Shown: positions 9,675 to 19,877 of the stretch, one piece after another
Layout: the number at the start of each line of letters is the position of its first letter
Position numbering within the stretch: the stretch's first letter is position 1
DNA from: an uncultured Holophagales bacterium
GTDB taxonomy: Bacteria; Acidobacteriota; Thermoanaerobaculia; Multivoradales; UBA5704
Assembly (NCBI GenBank): GCA_963842525.1
Contig: CAWJGT010000003.1
Coordinates: 1 to 64,000, forward strand
Length of the DNA: 64,000 nucleotides
Direction: 5' to 3'
Position numbers and translations under genes: made by a program
Notes under the pieces: model-generated
The model's database searches: none
What the model was told of the DNA's origin: nothing
The model's input: the letters and a program-made list of their open reading frames with translations, nothing else

Positions 9675-10074
9675 CCCCCTTGCGACTCGGCTGGCCCCGT
9701 CGCAGGCTCCACAGCCCGCGCGCCGAGAGGATGACGGACAACATCCCGCTCGCGCCAAGCGCGATGTTCGTCCAGACCCAGAAGAGGGCGCCGCTGGAGT
9801 TGGCGGCGATCCGGCCGCCGATAAGTCCCCGACCCTGCATGTGGAGGACAGGGACGCCAGATGCAAGGATCGCCCCGAGCAGAATGAGGACCAGCCCCAA
9901 TCGCCGCTCGGCGAGCACCAGCGTTCCGCAAAGCCAGACTGCCAGGATGAGCAGGCCCCCAAAGGCAGAGATGGTTCCCGGCTCGATCCCTCGGGCGACT
10001 TCGTCCGCCCAGTGCAGTGAGAAGAAGAGGATCGAGAGCAGAGACGTGACGGTCAAGATGACGTTGTTTTTCAT
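9664..10074 (-). CDS. Small membrane protein (about 4 TM helices)
   Basis: Four hydrophobic segments; downstream of the LytTR system; TAA stop lies inside the junction motif. Confidence 0.7.
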   Translation of the reverse strand: MKNNVILTVTSLLSILFFSLHWADEVARGIEPGTISAFGGLLILAVWLCGTLVLAERRLGLVLILLGAILASGVPVLHMQGRGLIGGRIAANSSGALFWVWTNIALGASGMLSVILSARGLWSLRRGQPSRKGAPE

Positions 10075-10153
10075 GTGCGCCAGTATCGCGGCAGGCGTGC
10101 CGCGCCAACAACCAGATTGCGACGAAGGGCGGATTCGCGCGGACGAACGGGGG

Positions 10154-10943
10154 TTACATCTGCCGGAACAGGTGCACGTAGTTGCGGCTCACGGGCAGCA
10201 CCTCGTCGCGGCCCTTCAGGTGGATCTCCGCGGTTTCATTGTCGTGTCGCCTCACATGGCTGATCGCGCGCAGATTCACGACGACCGACCGATGGACCTG
10301 TACGAACTGCTCCGGGTCGAGCTGCTCGAGCAGTTCCTTGAGCGGCGTCCGGACCACCGCCTGGGCGGCCTTCCCTCCATCGCGCCAGGCGACGAGTGTG
10401 TACTTCGCGTCCGACCGAAGGTAGTCGACGTCGTCGATCGCGATGAGGCGCAAGGTTTTCCCCGCTTGTGCCCGAATCCAGCGCAGCGGCTCGGCCTTCC
10501 CGCCGCCCTGCAGCTTCGCGAGCTGGGCGCTGAGTTGCTGCAAGAGCTGCTCGGTGTTGATCGCAGGCCTCGATGACTGCAGACGTTCCTGGAGGCGGCT
10601 CACGGTTTCCGCGAGCCGCGCCTGTTCGACCGGCTTCAGAAGGTAATCGAGTGCGCCCTGCGCAAAGGCCTGCACCGCGTAGTGATCGTACGCCGTGACG
10701 AACACGAGATGCGCGCGACGGCCGATGTGGTTCGCGGCATCGACGCCGGAGAGGCCCGGCATGTGGACGTCGAGGAAACAAATGTCGGGATGCCGCTCGT
10801 TCGAACAACCGCACCGCCTCTCGCCCATTGCGCGCCTCGGCCACGATCTCGAGCTCGGGCCAGACGTTCGCGAGCTGGCGCCGCAGCGCATCGCGCAGCA
10901 GCGGCTCATCGTCGGCGATCAACGCCGTTGCAGGAGCGTTCAT
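10154..10943 (-). CDS. LytTR family response regulator (frameshift near 10805)
   Basis: ALIADDEPL receiver start in one frame, FLDVHMPG...FVTAYDHYA...FVQVHRSVVVN...VSRNY in the other. Confidence 0.9.
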
Positions 10944-11977
10944 GTCTGTGCCGGCATATCGACTTCGACGGCGACTCCGCGGGGGGTGCCGGCTGTCAGG
11001 CGCAACTGCGCCGCATCGCCGAAGATCAGCCGCAGCCGTTCGCGCAGAGCCGTCAGCCCGGTCCCGAGGCCGTTCGCCGAGGGGCGGAGCCCGACGCCTG
11101 TGTCGGTGATGCGGACGACGCAGCGTTCACCAAGCCGTTCGATGTCGATGTCGATCCTGCCTCCTTCTTCACTGGGGTCGATCCCGTGGCGCACGGCATT
11201 CTCGACCAGCGTCAGCAAAGTGGTTGGAGGACAGCGCACCTCCAGCGCCGAGGGGTCGACGTTCATCGCGTACTGCAGGCGATCGGGCATGCGCATGTGC
11301 ATCAGCTCGAGATAGGGCCGCACGAGCTGCAGCTCGCGCTCGATGGTGGCGGCGGGCTCGTGGAGCTGCGGCACCGCCGCCCGCAGGTACGCGATGAGGC
11401 TCCGCAGCACGATCGACGCACGCGGCGAGCCGGCATCGACGAGCGCCTGCACGTTCGCGAGCGTGTTGAAGAGGAAATGGGGGGCGACCTGGCCCTGCAG
11501 CAGATGCAAACGCGCGTCGAGCGCCTGTCGCTCGAGCTCACTGCGCTCGAGCGCGAAGGCGAGCTTCTGATGGCGGGCGAAGGCTTCCTTCTGCCGGACG
11601 ATCGCCGCGAGCGCCGTCCATGGCGCGAGCAGGATCGCGGCGAACCCGAGGAGAATCCAGTCGTGATTCTTACCTGGGACAAGAAGGTGCATCACGAAGA
11701 TCGTGACCGCCATGGAAAGGCCGACCGCAACGACTTGAAGCACCCACCGCTCGATCCAGCGCGGCAGCCTCCGCGGCCACACTTCGAAGAGTGCGAACGC
11801 AGCCGTCCCCGACAGGCCGAGGAGGATGGTGTTGAGGAAGAGTAAGGACAGAGAACCCTTCCATGGCATCACGAGCAGAAGGCCGGCGCCGATAGCAACT
11901 GCCAGCGCGACGGCAACGCGCCGCGCTGTCTTCGCAAGGATGCCAACCGGTCTCGCGGCCGTCGCCACTTCGGACAT
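10940..11977 (-). CDS. LytS/YehU-type membrane histidine kinase
   Basis: QVAPHFLFNTL, LVENAVRHG, DTGVG, GTGL; TM helices at N-terminus. Confidence 0.9.
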   Translation of the reverse strand: MSEVATAARPVGILAKTARRVAVALAVAIGAGLLLVMPWKGSLSLLFLNTILLGLSGTAAFALFEVWPRRLPRWIERWVLQVVAVGLSMAVTIFVMHLLVPGKNHDWILLGFAAILLAPWTALAAIVRQKEAFARHQKLAFALERSELERQALDARLHLLQGQVAPHFLFNTLANVQALVDAGSPRASIVLRSLIAYLRAAVPQLHEPAATIERELQLVRPYLELMHMRMPDRLQYAMNVDPSALEVRCPPTTLLTLVENAVRHGIDPSEEGGRIDIDIERLGERCVVRITDTGVGLRPSANGLGTGLTALRERLRLIFGDAAQLRLTAGTPRGVAVEVDMPAQT

Positions 11978-11993
11978 TGCGGCCGAGGATACC

Positions 11994-13984
11994 TTATGTG
12001 GCAGTGGTGACCAGGGTGCCGCTGGCAATGACCCGCAGCAGCTCGTCGATCTCGACGGGCTTGACCAGGTGGTGGTCGATGCCGCTTTTGCGCGAGCGCT
12101 CGCGGGCTTGCTCGTCGCCGAAGCCGGACACGGCGATGATCAGCGGGTGGCGGCCAGCGGGCCGGCACCGGAGCCGGGCGGCGACCTCGTATCCTGTGAT
12201 ATCCGGAAGGTCGAGGTCGAGAAGGATGGCGTCGAAGGGCTCCTCGCTCGCTGCCGCCAGCGCCTCGCCGCCGCAGGTGACCGATCGCGCCTGGCAGCAG
12301 CGAAGGTTCAGCAGCTCGGTGAGCGCCGTCGCCGCGTTGACGTTGTCGTCGACGACCAGGATGCGCCGCGCTGCCAACGAAGGGGCCGCGGTGCTTTCGG
12401 CGGGCACTTCCGGAGCCGCCTCCGCGGCGAGCGGCAGCCGGATGGTGAAGGTGCTGCCTCGGCCCAGCCCTTCGCTACGGGCCACCGCCGAGCCCCCGTG
12501 CAGCTCGGCGAGCTGCCGGACCAGGGTCAGCCCGATGCCGAGGCCGCCGGCCATGTGTCCGCTGTCTCCATGCCGGGCCTGGATGAAGGGCTCGAAGATC
12601 CGCTCGATCATCTGGGGATCGATGCCGAAGCCGTGATCGCTCACCTCGATGACCGCCACCTCCGCCTCGCTGCGCACCTCGAGGCGGATCTCCGTTCCCC
12701 GGTCGGAGTACTTGGACGCATTGCCCAGCAGGTTGGCGAGCACCTGTTCGATGCGCCGCGGGTCGGCATCAACGTGCAGGGGCTCGCCGGGCAGAGAGAA
12801 GATCAGGTGCTGCTCGGAGTCGGCCAGTCGCGCGGCGGTCGATGCGGCGGCTGCCTCTACGAGTTGAGCCAGCGGGACCACCCGCCGCCGCAGCTCGAGC
12901 TTGCCGCGCGCGATGCTCGAGACGTCGAGCAGGTCGTCAAGCAGGCCGGTGAGCTGCCGCACCTGGTTGCGCATCATGGCCAGCGCCCATTGTTCCCGAT
13001 CGGCGCCGGCCCCCCCTTCGAGCAGGCGCAGCCCGCCGTCGATGCCGGCGAGTGGGTTGCGGAGCTCATGGCCGAGCACAGCCATGAACTGGTCCTTGCG
13101 GCGCTCCTCCTCGCGCAACCGCTCCATGGTCTGCTCCAATGCCCTTCGCGTCGCCACCTGCTCGGTGACGTCGTGTGCGAAACACAGGACGCCGTCGACC
13201 CGTCCGTCCTGGCGGAGGGGTGCCCAGGTGACGTCGATGCTGCGCCAGGCGCCCTCCTCCTCGCCCCGCGCGCCGGCGAGCGACAGCTCGAGCTCGGGAC
13301 TGGCACCGCTCACCCCATCCTGGAACGCGCTTTCGAAGGCCTCGAGGAAGCCCTGGCCCCGGAGCTCCCGGAGAGTCTCGGCGAGCGGCCGGCCGAGCAG
13401 CTCGCGCCTCCCGACCAGCTCAGTCGCGCGCGGGTTGGCGAAGACGCAGACGTGATCCGGCCCGTGGGTGGGTCAACACCGCCGCGGGGGCGCGCTCCAG
13501 GACCTCCTGCCGCCGCCGCCGCTCTTTCTCGCTCTCTTCTCGCGCGGTGCGCTCGCGCCACAGGCGGCGCGCCGCGTCCTCGGCTTCCCGGCGGCCGGTG
13601 ATGTCGCGCAGCGAAGCCAGGCAGGCGCTACGTCCGTCCCACAGCAGGTCGACGACACGCATCTCGGCCACACGGCCGCCGGGCAGGTCGAGCTCGGTGG
13701 TCTCCCCCGAAACCACCGGAAACCCGAAGGGGCAGCCGAGGAGCTCCTCGCGCCGCCGGCCGAACAAGGCCTCGGCGGCGGAGTTGGCGAACCGCACTGT
13801 GCCCTCGGAGTCGACGACGACGATCGCATCACCGATCCCCTCGATGATCCGCTCGCGTTCGGCGTTGTGCCATGCGATCTGCGCATTGACCTCGCGGAGC
13901 TGCGCGTTGGCTTCCTGCAGCTCCGACTCGAACAACGCCCGGAAATCGGGCGTTGGAACCGCAACTTTTTTTCTTTCGGACCAT
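11994..13984 (-). CDS. PAS-domain hybrid histidine kinase (HisKA-HATPase-REC), several frameshifts
   Basis: GHELRNPLA, NASKYS, GGLGIGL and receiver in 11994-13313; PAS segments upstream in other frames; probable ATG at 13984 next to a T7 run. Confidence 0.75.
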
Positions 13985-15570
13985 GGCCGCTCATCGGGTG
14001 CGTTCTTTCCCGGACTCACCGCCGGTGCACCCAGCTCTCTGCAGGCGCCGTGCCAGACTCGTTCCTGCGGGAAGAGGCCCTCCAGCCGTGCCAGCTCTTC
14101 GCGCGAATGCACGGGATTGCCGCTCAAGATGCCGCTCACCGAGCGGAAGGGCTCGCCGAGATGCATCCCGGTCGCGTCGATGGTCACCTGCCGGATCTCC
14201 TTGTCGTGCGGCGAGCCGCGCATCTTGAGCACCATCAGGCCGCGCTGCATCTCGCCGAACATCTCGACATACCGCAGCAGGATGATCGAATCCGTCAGGC
14301 TCGAGATGTGGGCTTCGGTCACCGACGTACCGCCCACCAGGGTGGGCGTGGTGTTGGTGAACAAGCCGGTAATCGAATTCTGCTTGATGAACGACGTGAG
14401 GTCGATCACCATCTGCCGAAACGCCTTGGGCGGCCCGACCCGCTCGAGCGCCGAGAGCGAGTCGATGACCACGCGCTGCGGCGCGAGCTCCTCGATCATC
14501 CGCTTGATGCGCAGCAGGTGGTCCTGCAGCCCGCGCGCCTCCGGATACTCGCAGTGGACCCGCAACACGCCGTCGCGCTCCATGCTCTCGAAATCGACTC
14601 CCCAACCGGCGGCATTGCGCACCAGTTGCTCGCGGCTCTCCTCGTAGCCGAACAGCAACCCGCGGTCTCCCTGTGCGGCCCCGCCGGCGAGGAAGTGGGT
14701 GACTGTCAGCGTCTTGCCGGTTCCGGTGGCCCCGGAGACCAGGATCACGGAATCCCGGAAGAAGCCACCGCCGCACATTGCGTCGAGCTCGGGATTGCCG
14801 GAGGTGACGCGGAGGTTCGACGAATGCTGCTCGAGCGGGATGCCGGTGAGCGGGATCACCACCAGGCCGCGGTCGGCCTCGATCACAAACGGGTGCTCGC
14901 CCTTCTGGTGATCCGTGCCGCGGAACTTGAGGAGCTCCAGCGTGCGCCGCCTCTGCTCGTCTTCGAGCACGTTGCGGAGCACCACGACATTGTCGGCGAT
15001 GAATTCCTCCACGCCGTAACGGCCGACCGGACCGTACTCTTCCGTCCGCTCGGCGGTGAGCACCGCCGTGACCTCCATTTCGCGGGCGGCGCGGGCGATG
15101 CGGAACAGCTCGTTGCGCACCACGGACGCGTCCTGGAACTGCGAAAAAACGGCAGAGAGCGAGTCGACCACCAGACGCCGCGCGCCCGTGCGGTCGACCG
15201 CGTTCTTGATCCGTGCCATCACGCCGCCCAGGTCATATTCACCGGCCTCGATCATCTCCTCCTCGGGATTGGGCGAAGCGTCGACGAAGGCCCACTTCCC
15301 GTCCTCTTCCCAGGCGGACAGATCCCAGCCGAAGCTCGCGACGTTCCGGCGGATGTCGTCGGGGCTCTCTTCGAACGTGACGAAGACCCCGTGCTCGCCG
15401 AGCTCGGTGATGCCGCGGGCGAGGAACTGCGCGGCAAAAATGGTCTTGCCGCTTCCCGAGCTGCCGGAGATCAATGTCGAACGATTGGCAGGCAGGCCAC
15501 CGTAGGTGAGACGGTCGAAACCGGGAATGCCGGTCAACACCTTGGCCGGTGGGAGCGCCCGCGTGCTCAT
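13420..15570 (-). CDS. kaiC: Circadian clock protein KaiC (KaiC similarity ends near 14060; ORF reads on into a PAS domain)
   Basis: Two RecA-like domains with GSSGSGKT and GATGTGKT Walker A, FEE/YEE, HISSLTDSIILLRYVE, KMRGS; GAGGAGG RBS. Confidence 0.95.
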   Translation of the reverse strand: MSTRALPPAKVLTGIPGFDRLTYGGLPANRSTLISGSSGSGKTIFAAQFLARGITELGEHGVFVTFEESPDDIRRNVASFGWDLSAWEEDGKWAFVDASPNPEEEMIEAGEYDLGGVMARIKNAVDRTGARRLVVDSLSAVFSQFQDASVVRNELFRIARAAREMEVTAVLTAERTEEYGPVGRYGVEEFIADNVVVLRNVLEDEQRRRTLELLKFRGTDHQKGEHPFVIEADRGLVVIPLTGIPLEQHSSNLRVTSGNPELDAMCGGGFFRDSVILVSGATGTGKTLTVTHFLAGGAAQGDRGLLFGYEESREQLVRNAAGWGVDFESMERDGVLRVHCEYPEARGLQDHLLRIKRMIEELAPQRVVIDSLSALERVGPPKAFRQMVIDLTSFIKQNSITGLFTNTTPTLVGGTSVTEAHISSLTDSIILLRYVEMFGEMQRGLMVLKMRGSPHDKEIRQVTIDATGMHLGEPFRSVSGILSGNPVHSREELARLEGLFPQERVWHGACRELGAPAVSPGKNAPDERPWSERKKVAVPTPDFRALFESELQEANAQLREVNAQIAWHNAERERIIEGIGDAIVVVDSEGTVRFANSAAEALFGRRREELLGCPFGFPVVSGETTELDLPGGRVAEMRVVDLLWDGRSACLASLRDITGRREAEDAARRLWRERTAREESEKERRRRQEVLERAPAAVLTHPRAGSRLRLRQPARD

Positions 15571-15583
15571 GGATTCCTCCTCG

Positions 15584-15886
15584 TCACTGGTCCTCCTCCT
15601 GCGCACGTTCGTCGCGGGGTCGCACATCGAGGCCCAACAACACCTTGTCGCGGTTGGACAGGTCCCCGATCACCCGTCGCAGCGGTGGCGGCAACTGTTT
15701 GATCAGCGTCGGCGTGGCCAGGATGCGATCGTCCTCGGCCAGTTGCGGGTGTTCGAGGACGTCGATGATCTCGAGCTCATAGCATCCCTCGAGCTCCTCC
15801 TTGCAGAGGCGCCGGAGGTTGGCGATGGCGCGCTCGGCTCGCGGCGATCGGCCGGTGACGTAGAGCTTCAGCAGATATCGTTCCAG
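15584..15886 (-). CDS. kaiB: Circadian clock protein KaiB (CTG start; missing from ORF track)
   Basis: Manual translation [23 protein letters not shown]...[33 protein letters not shown]; AAGGAAGGA RBS before CTG. Confidence 0.92.
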   Translation of the reverse strand: MERYLLKLYVTGRSPRAERAIANLRRLCKEELEGCYELEIIDVLEHPQLAEDDRILATPTLIKQLPPPLRRVIGDLSNRDKVLLGLDVRPRDERAQEEDQ

Positions 15887-16716
15887 GTCGTCCTTCCTTT
15901 CTCCAGCCAGCGGTCGCGATAGACGGTGACCAGATGCCCCATGAGCTCAAGCAGCCGCACGCGACCTTCCGCCAGGTAGAGCTTCATGCGCTGCGGTCCC
16001 TGCTCAGCTTCCCGCTGCTTCATGACGGTGGCATGCAGCTCGACAATATCGCGAGGCCCGGCGCGCAGCTCGGCCGCTGCGCTGGCCAGCTTCTGCAGTT
16101 GATGCTCGAGCACCACCGGCCGGCGCTGCAGGATCTGCTCCACGGCGCGGTCGAGGATCTCTCCGTAGTCGCGCGTCAATTCGGCGAAGCGCTCGGGGAA
16201 GGCGGCCCGTAGCGGCGCCGGGCGGCTGCTCGCTCCGTCGCCGAGCGAGGCCGGCCACTCCGCCTGATGCCTGGCCAGCACCTCCCGCATGCGCGCCACT
16301 TCCACCGCGTGGCGTAACGAACGGGCGGCGAGGGTGCCGTAGAGCCGCTCCGCAACCAGGTAGTCGCTGGCGCCGAGCTGCACGGCTTTAGCGGCCAGCG
16401 GCTCGTCCCCGGCCGCGCAGAGCACGACGACGGGCAGCGCGGGAGCTTCCGCACGGATGGTCACCAGAGGCCCGAGCCCCTGGCCGGGCGGCGAGATCGG
16501 CAGCAGCACGATGTCGATGTCCCTGGCAGTGAGCTTTTCGAGGGTCTCCGCCAGGCCGGAGGCGCGTGCGAGCTCGAACCGTGCGCGCTCCGGCGAGCCT
16601 TCGAGCGCCGCCGCGAGCTGGGATGTCACCTTCCCATCCGCGTCGACGACGAGCACGCGGAGGGATTCGCCCGTGTCCAGGGGAGCGGCCGCGGTGCTTC
16701 CGTCGAGCTGATCCAT
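15868..16716 (-). CDS. KaiA3-like protein (pseudo-receiver + KaiA-like C-terminal helical domain)
   Basis: Receiver fold lacking the phospho-Asp ([10 protein letters not shown]); C-terminal [10 protein letters not shown]...[18 protein letters not shown]; directly upstream of kaiB. Confidence 0.7.
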   Translation of the reverse strand: MDQLDGSTAAAPLDTGESLRVLVVDADGKVTSQLAAALEGSPERARFELARASGLAETLEKLTARDIDIVLLPISPPGQGLGPLVTIRAEAPALPVVVLCAAGDEPLAAKAVQLGASDYLVAERLYGTLAARSLRHAVEVARMREVLARHQAEWPASLGDGASSRPAPLRAAFPERFAELTRDYGEILDRAVEQILQRRPVVLEHQLQKLASAAAELRAGPRDIVELHATVMKQREAEQGPQRMKLYLAEGRVRLLELMGHLVTVYRDRWLEKGRTTWNDIC

Positions 16717-16733
16717 GACGGGCGTGGCGTTCT

Positions 16734-17117
16734 TCAGGGTTTCTCCACCAGGCGTTCCACCTCCTCGACGAACCGCGAGGGTGAAACGGGTTTGACCAGG
16801 TAGCCGGAGCAGCCGAGATCCCGCGCTCGCTGGCGGTCTTCGTCGAGCGCATGGCCGGTCACCAGCAGCACCGGCACCTCGCGCGTGCGCTCGTCGAGCT
16901 TGAGGCGCCGCGTCATCTCCCAGCCATCGACGCCAGGGATCGAGATGTCAATGACTGCCACGCATGGAAGAGCGCTGTCGACCATCCGCAACGCCTGTTC
17001 GCCGTCGCCGGCTTCGTGCACGCTCCAACCGGCGTGCTCCAGCAGCGCCCGGTATGCAAGCCGGGTCTCCGCATCGTCCTCGACGAGCAGGACCGGCCCT
17101 CGTGCTCCGCTGCCCAT
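16734..17117 (-). CDS. Single-domain response regulator (DivK/CheY-like)
   Basis: LLVEDD...IDISIPGVDG...VTGHA...YLVKP. Confidence 0.9.
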   Translation of the reverse strand: MGSGARGPVLLVEDDAETRLAYRALLEHAGWSVHEAGDGEQALRMVDSALPCVAVIDISIPGVDGWEMTRRLKLDERTREVPVLLVTGHALDEDRQRARDLGCSGYLVKPVSPSRFVEEVERLVEKP

Positions 17118-17151
17118 GGCACGTCCTCCCGGAGGCGGAGTGTAGCATCAG

Positions 17152-17203
17152 CGGATGGGTGCCACCATGCGGCCCTTCTACGCGGGACGAAATGTGATAG
17201 GGC
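17152..17203 (+). repeat. Junction composed of CGGATGGGTGCCA plus a partial GTAG element
   Basis: 17152-17164 matches 9647-9659; 17178-17203 matches 20743-20768. Confidence 0.75.
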
Positions 17204-17285
17204 GCTGGCCGCGTTCGCAAGATTGTGAACAAAAGAACGCCAATCCCGCGGGGGATGGCGAACAGCACGATGGCCGCAGCCGGAA

Positions 17286-18455
17286 CTACGGGCCGCTGGC
17301 GAGGGGGATCGTCAATCTCCACATGTCGTTGAGCAGCACCGGCGCGAACTCCGCGGTCGCTCCCCCGAAGATGTAGAGCTCGTAGGCGGTGGCGGTCTTG
17401 CGGGAGAAGTAGAACTGGCCGAACCTCGGAGCCGGCGCGGGCCCCGTCATCGCGGTGTCCACGCGCGTCCAGGTCCCGGCGTGGAGATCGAAGTACCAGA
17501 CATCGGACAGGGTGGTACCGTCGAACTTGCTGCCACCGAAGAGCCAGATGCGGTCGTTGTGCTCATCGGCGATCAGCTTCGCGTTGTCGCGGTGGCCCGG
17601 TCCGCCGGCCTCGTCGAAGGCGATCTGATCCCAGGTCTCCGTGTGGATGTCGAACATCCAGAGGTCGCCGAGGTAGTTCTCCGGCGTGAACAGACCGGTG
17701 CCGTTCACGGCGTCGTTCGTGTATCCGCCATAGACGATCAGGGCGTTCCAGCCCTCGGAGTAGACGAGCGGATGATGGGCTCGAGCGCGCGGGGCGGGCG
17801 AGCCGGTCGAGACCTGCTTCCAGCCGTTCTTGTAGCGGACCAGGTTGTGCTGGAGGCCGTCCGGACGGTTGATGAAGGCCGGCAGCGTCGACGACGAGCC
17901 CGAGAAGGCGTACACGACGGTCTTCTGCTTCCCTTTCTTTCGCACGGCGACCGCTTCCGTGGAGCGGTTGGCGCGCCCGATTTCAGCCGCGCTCTGCGAG
18001 ATCTCCGTCCACCCGTGCACCGGATCGAACCGGAACGTGTCCTGGTGCGTGAGGTCGAGCCCGCGCCGGAAAGGACCTCTCCCGCCGGAGACGATCAGTG
18101 CGTCGTCTTCGGCGATGCACCACATCATCGACTCGGCCCTGGCGGACGGCCCGCCCGGGTATTGGCCGGGTTGGCCGAGGTCGTACCAGGTCAGCGTGTC
18201 GACGTCGAAGACGCTGAAATCGGCCACGGGCTCGTCGTTCGGGAAGGTCCCGTTCAACCCGCCGAAAATGTAGAAGAGGCCCTCATGATAGGCGCTCGCA
18301 CCGTCCCAGAGCGCGTCGGGGACGGCGCCGCCCTGCGGAATCTCGGTCCAGTATGGCAAGCCCGGCTGGGCGACGCTCCGGCGGATCCCGGCGAACGAGA
18401 GCAAGAGTGCGAGAGAAGCGATGAGAACGATCCGACGCTGAACCCTGCGTGTCAT
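17286..18455 (-). CDS. Secreted Kelch-repeat beta-propeller protein
   Basis: Signal peptide; repeated YIFGG/VYGG/LFGG...DxW Kelch motifs; AAGGAGG RBS. Confidence 0.85.
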   Translation of the reverse strand: MTRRVQRRIVLIASLALLLSFAGIRRSVAQPGLPYWTEIPQGGAVPDALWDGASAYHEGLFYIFGGLNGTFPNDEPVADFSVFDVDTLTWYDLGQPGQYPGGPSARAESMMWCIAEDDALIVSGGRGPFRRGLDLTHQDTFRFDPVHGWTEISQSAAEIGRANRSTEAVAVRKKGKQKTVVYAFSGSSSTLPAFINRPDGLQHNLVRYKNGWKQVSTGSPAPRARAHHPLVYSEGWNALIVYGGYTNDAVNGTGLFTPENYLGDLWMFDIHTETWDQIAFDEAGGPGHRDNAKLIADEHNDRIWLFGGSKFDGTTLSDVWYFDLHAGTWTRVDTAMTGPAPAPRFGQFYFSRKTATAYELYIFGGATAEFAPVLLNDMWRLTIPLASGP

Positions 18456-18696
18456 CCGGCTACCTCCTTGTTTCAGGAAAAGGCGGGCTCGCCCCCGGTG
18501 CATCGCGAGCGTACACGCGCGGGGATCAGCACGCAACGCAGCCGTTCCCAGCATAAGGGCTCGGCACAAAATAAGTGTCTAATTTCGGCTCTTCAACGCG
18601 GCCTTCCAGCGAGCTGACAAGGTCTGTCCTGGGACCCCAGACCCGTGTCGTGTCATCCTGAGCGTAGCGAAGGATCTGGGGGCAGGGAGGCTGCAC

Positions 18697-19100
18697 GCCG
18701 CGGGACCACTGCGAGCCACCGCAGTGAGCGTCCATGGTCCTGTGGTGGCTCCCGCCGGTGCCGCGGGACCACCGGGAGCCACCGCAGTGAGCGTCCATGG
18801 TCCCGTGGTGGCTCCTGCCGGTGCCGCGGGACCACCGGGAGCCACCGCAGTGAGCGTCCATGGTCCCGTGGTGGCTCCTGCCGGTGCCGCGGGACCACCG
18901 GGAGCCACCGCAGGGAACGTCCATGGTCCCGTGGTGGCTCCCGCCGGTCCCGCGGGACCACTGCGAGGCACCGCAGGGAACGTCCATGGTCCCGTGGTGG
19001 CTCCTGCCGGTGCCGCGGGACCACTGCGAGCCACCGCAGGGAACGTCCATGGTCCCGTGGTGGCTCCTGCCGGTGCCGCGGGACCACTGGGAGCCACCGC
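18697..19100. repeat. 63-bp tandem repeat, about 6.4 copies, internally palindromic
   Basis: Units start at 18697, 18760, 18823, 18886, 18949, 19012, 19075; each holds GGGACCA/TGGTCCC and GAGCCACC/GGTGGCTC inverted pairs. Confidence 0.95.
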
Positions 19101-19325
19101 TGGCACCACTTGAGACTCGCGATAGAGTTGAGACAGTAATTTGTGATGAACCCTAAAGATCCGCAACGCCGTGCGCATCCTGTCTAGGGTGGAGATTTTG
19201 GGAAGCTCGGCATCCACCCTAGAGAGGAGGGCGGCGGCGTAAAAATCATCGCTAGAGAGGATAGACGCGGTGGCCGGCGGGGACTAACCTGCGGATGTAC
19301 GAAGCCCTGGAGAAAAGGAGACTCT

Positions 19326-19877
19326 ATGCATTCCAAAAGTCGCGGAGCGCGCACGGGACTGGCTCTGGTGTTGGCGTTGGCAACGGCAGGGATCACCGAT
19401 GTTGCGACAGCTCAGGAGCCCGTCGTGGGCGCCACCTGCGCCGGCTCGTTGACCATGAGCTTTTCCCCGCCGGTGGCCTTTCTCCTGCCGCCGGCGCAGG
19501 GGCCGTTCACCGTCGTCACCGGCACCGGTTCGCTCACCACCTGCGTGGCGCTCGACGACGGTCCCACCACCGGCACGTTCGCGTACCAGGTGTCGGGCCA
19601 CCTGACGTGCACCTCGGCCGGGACCGCCACCGGCACGCTTGATATCGTGTGGGCGGACGACAGCGAGAGCCATGTCGAGCTCACGAACCTGTTGCTCGGC
19701 TTCACCAGCGCCGCAGGGGCCGCAGGGCTGACCGGCACCGTGACCAGCGGCCGCTTCGCCGGGGATCAGCTTCAGGTCGTCAATGTGCGCAATCCCGTGG
19801 CGTATCTCCACTGCGTGCTCACCGGGCTTTCGCAGACCACCGGGACGCCTACCCTGATCTTCACTCACCTGGAGTGA
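19326..19877 (+). CDS. Secreted hypothetical beta-rich protein
   Basis: AAGGAG RBS, signal peptide (ATA-Q), 4 Cys, Thr/Gly-rich. Confidence 0.7.
   Translation: MHSKSRGARTGLALVLALATAGITDVATAQEPVVGATCAGSLTMSFSPPVAFLLPPAQGPFTVVTGTGSLTTCVALDDGPTTGTFAYQVSGHLTCTSAGTATGTLDIVWADDSESHVELTNLLLGFTSAAGAAGLTGTVTSGRFAGDQLQVVNVRNPVAYLHCVLTGLSQTTGTPTLIFTHLE

Noticed and set aside
18697-19100. 63-bp array as a CRISPR array
   Set aside because: Units are contiguous and near-identical with no unique spacers
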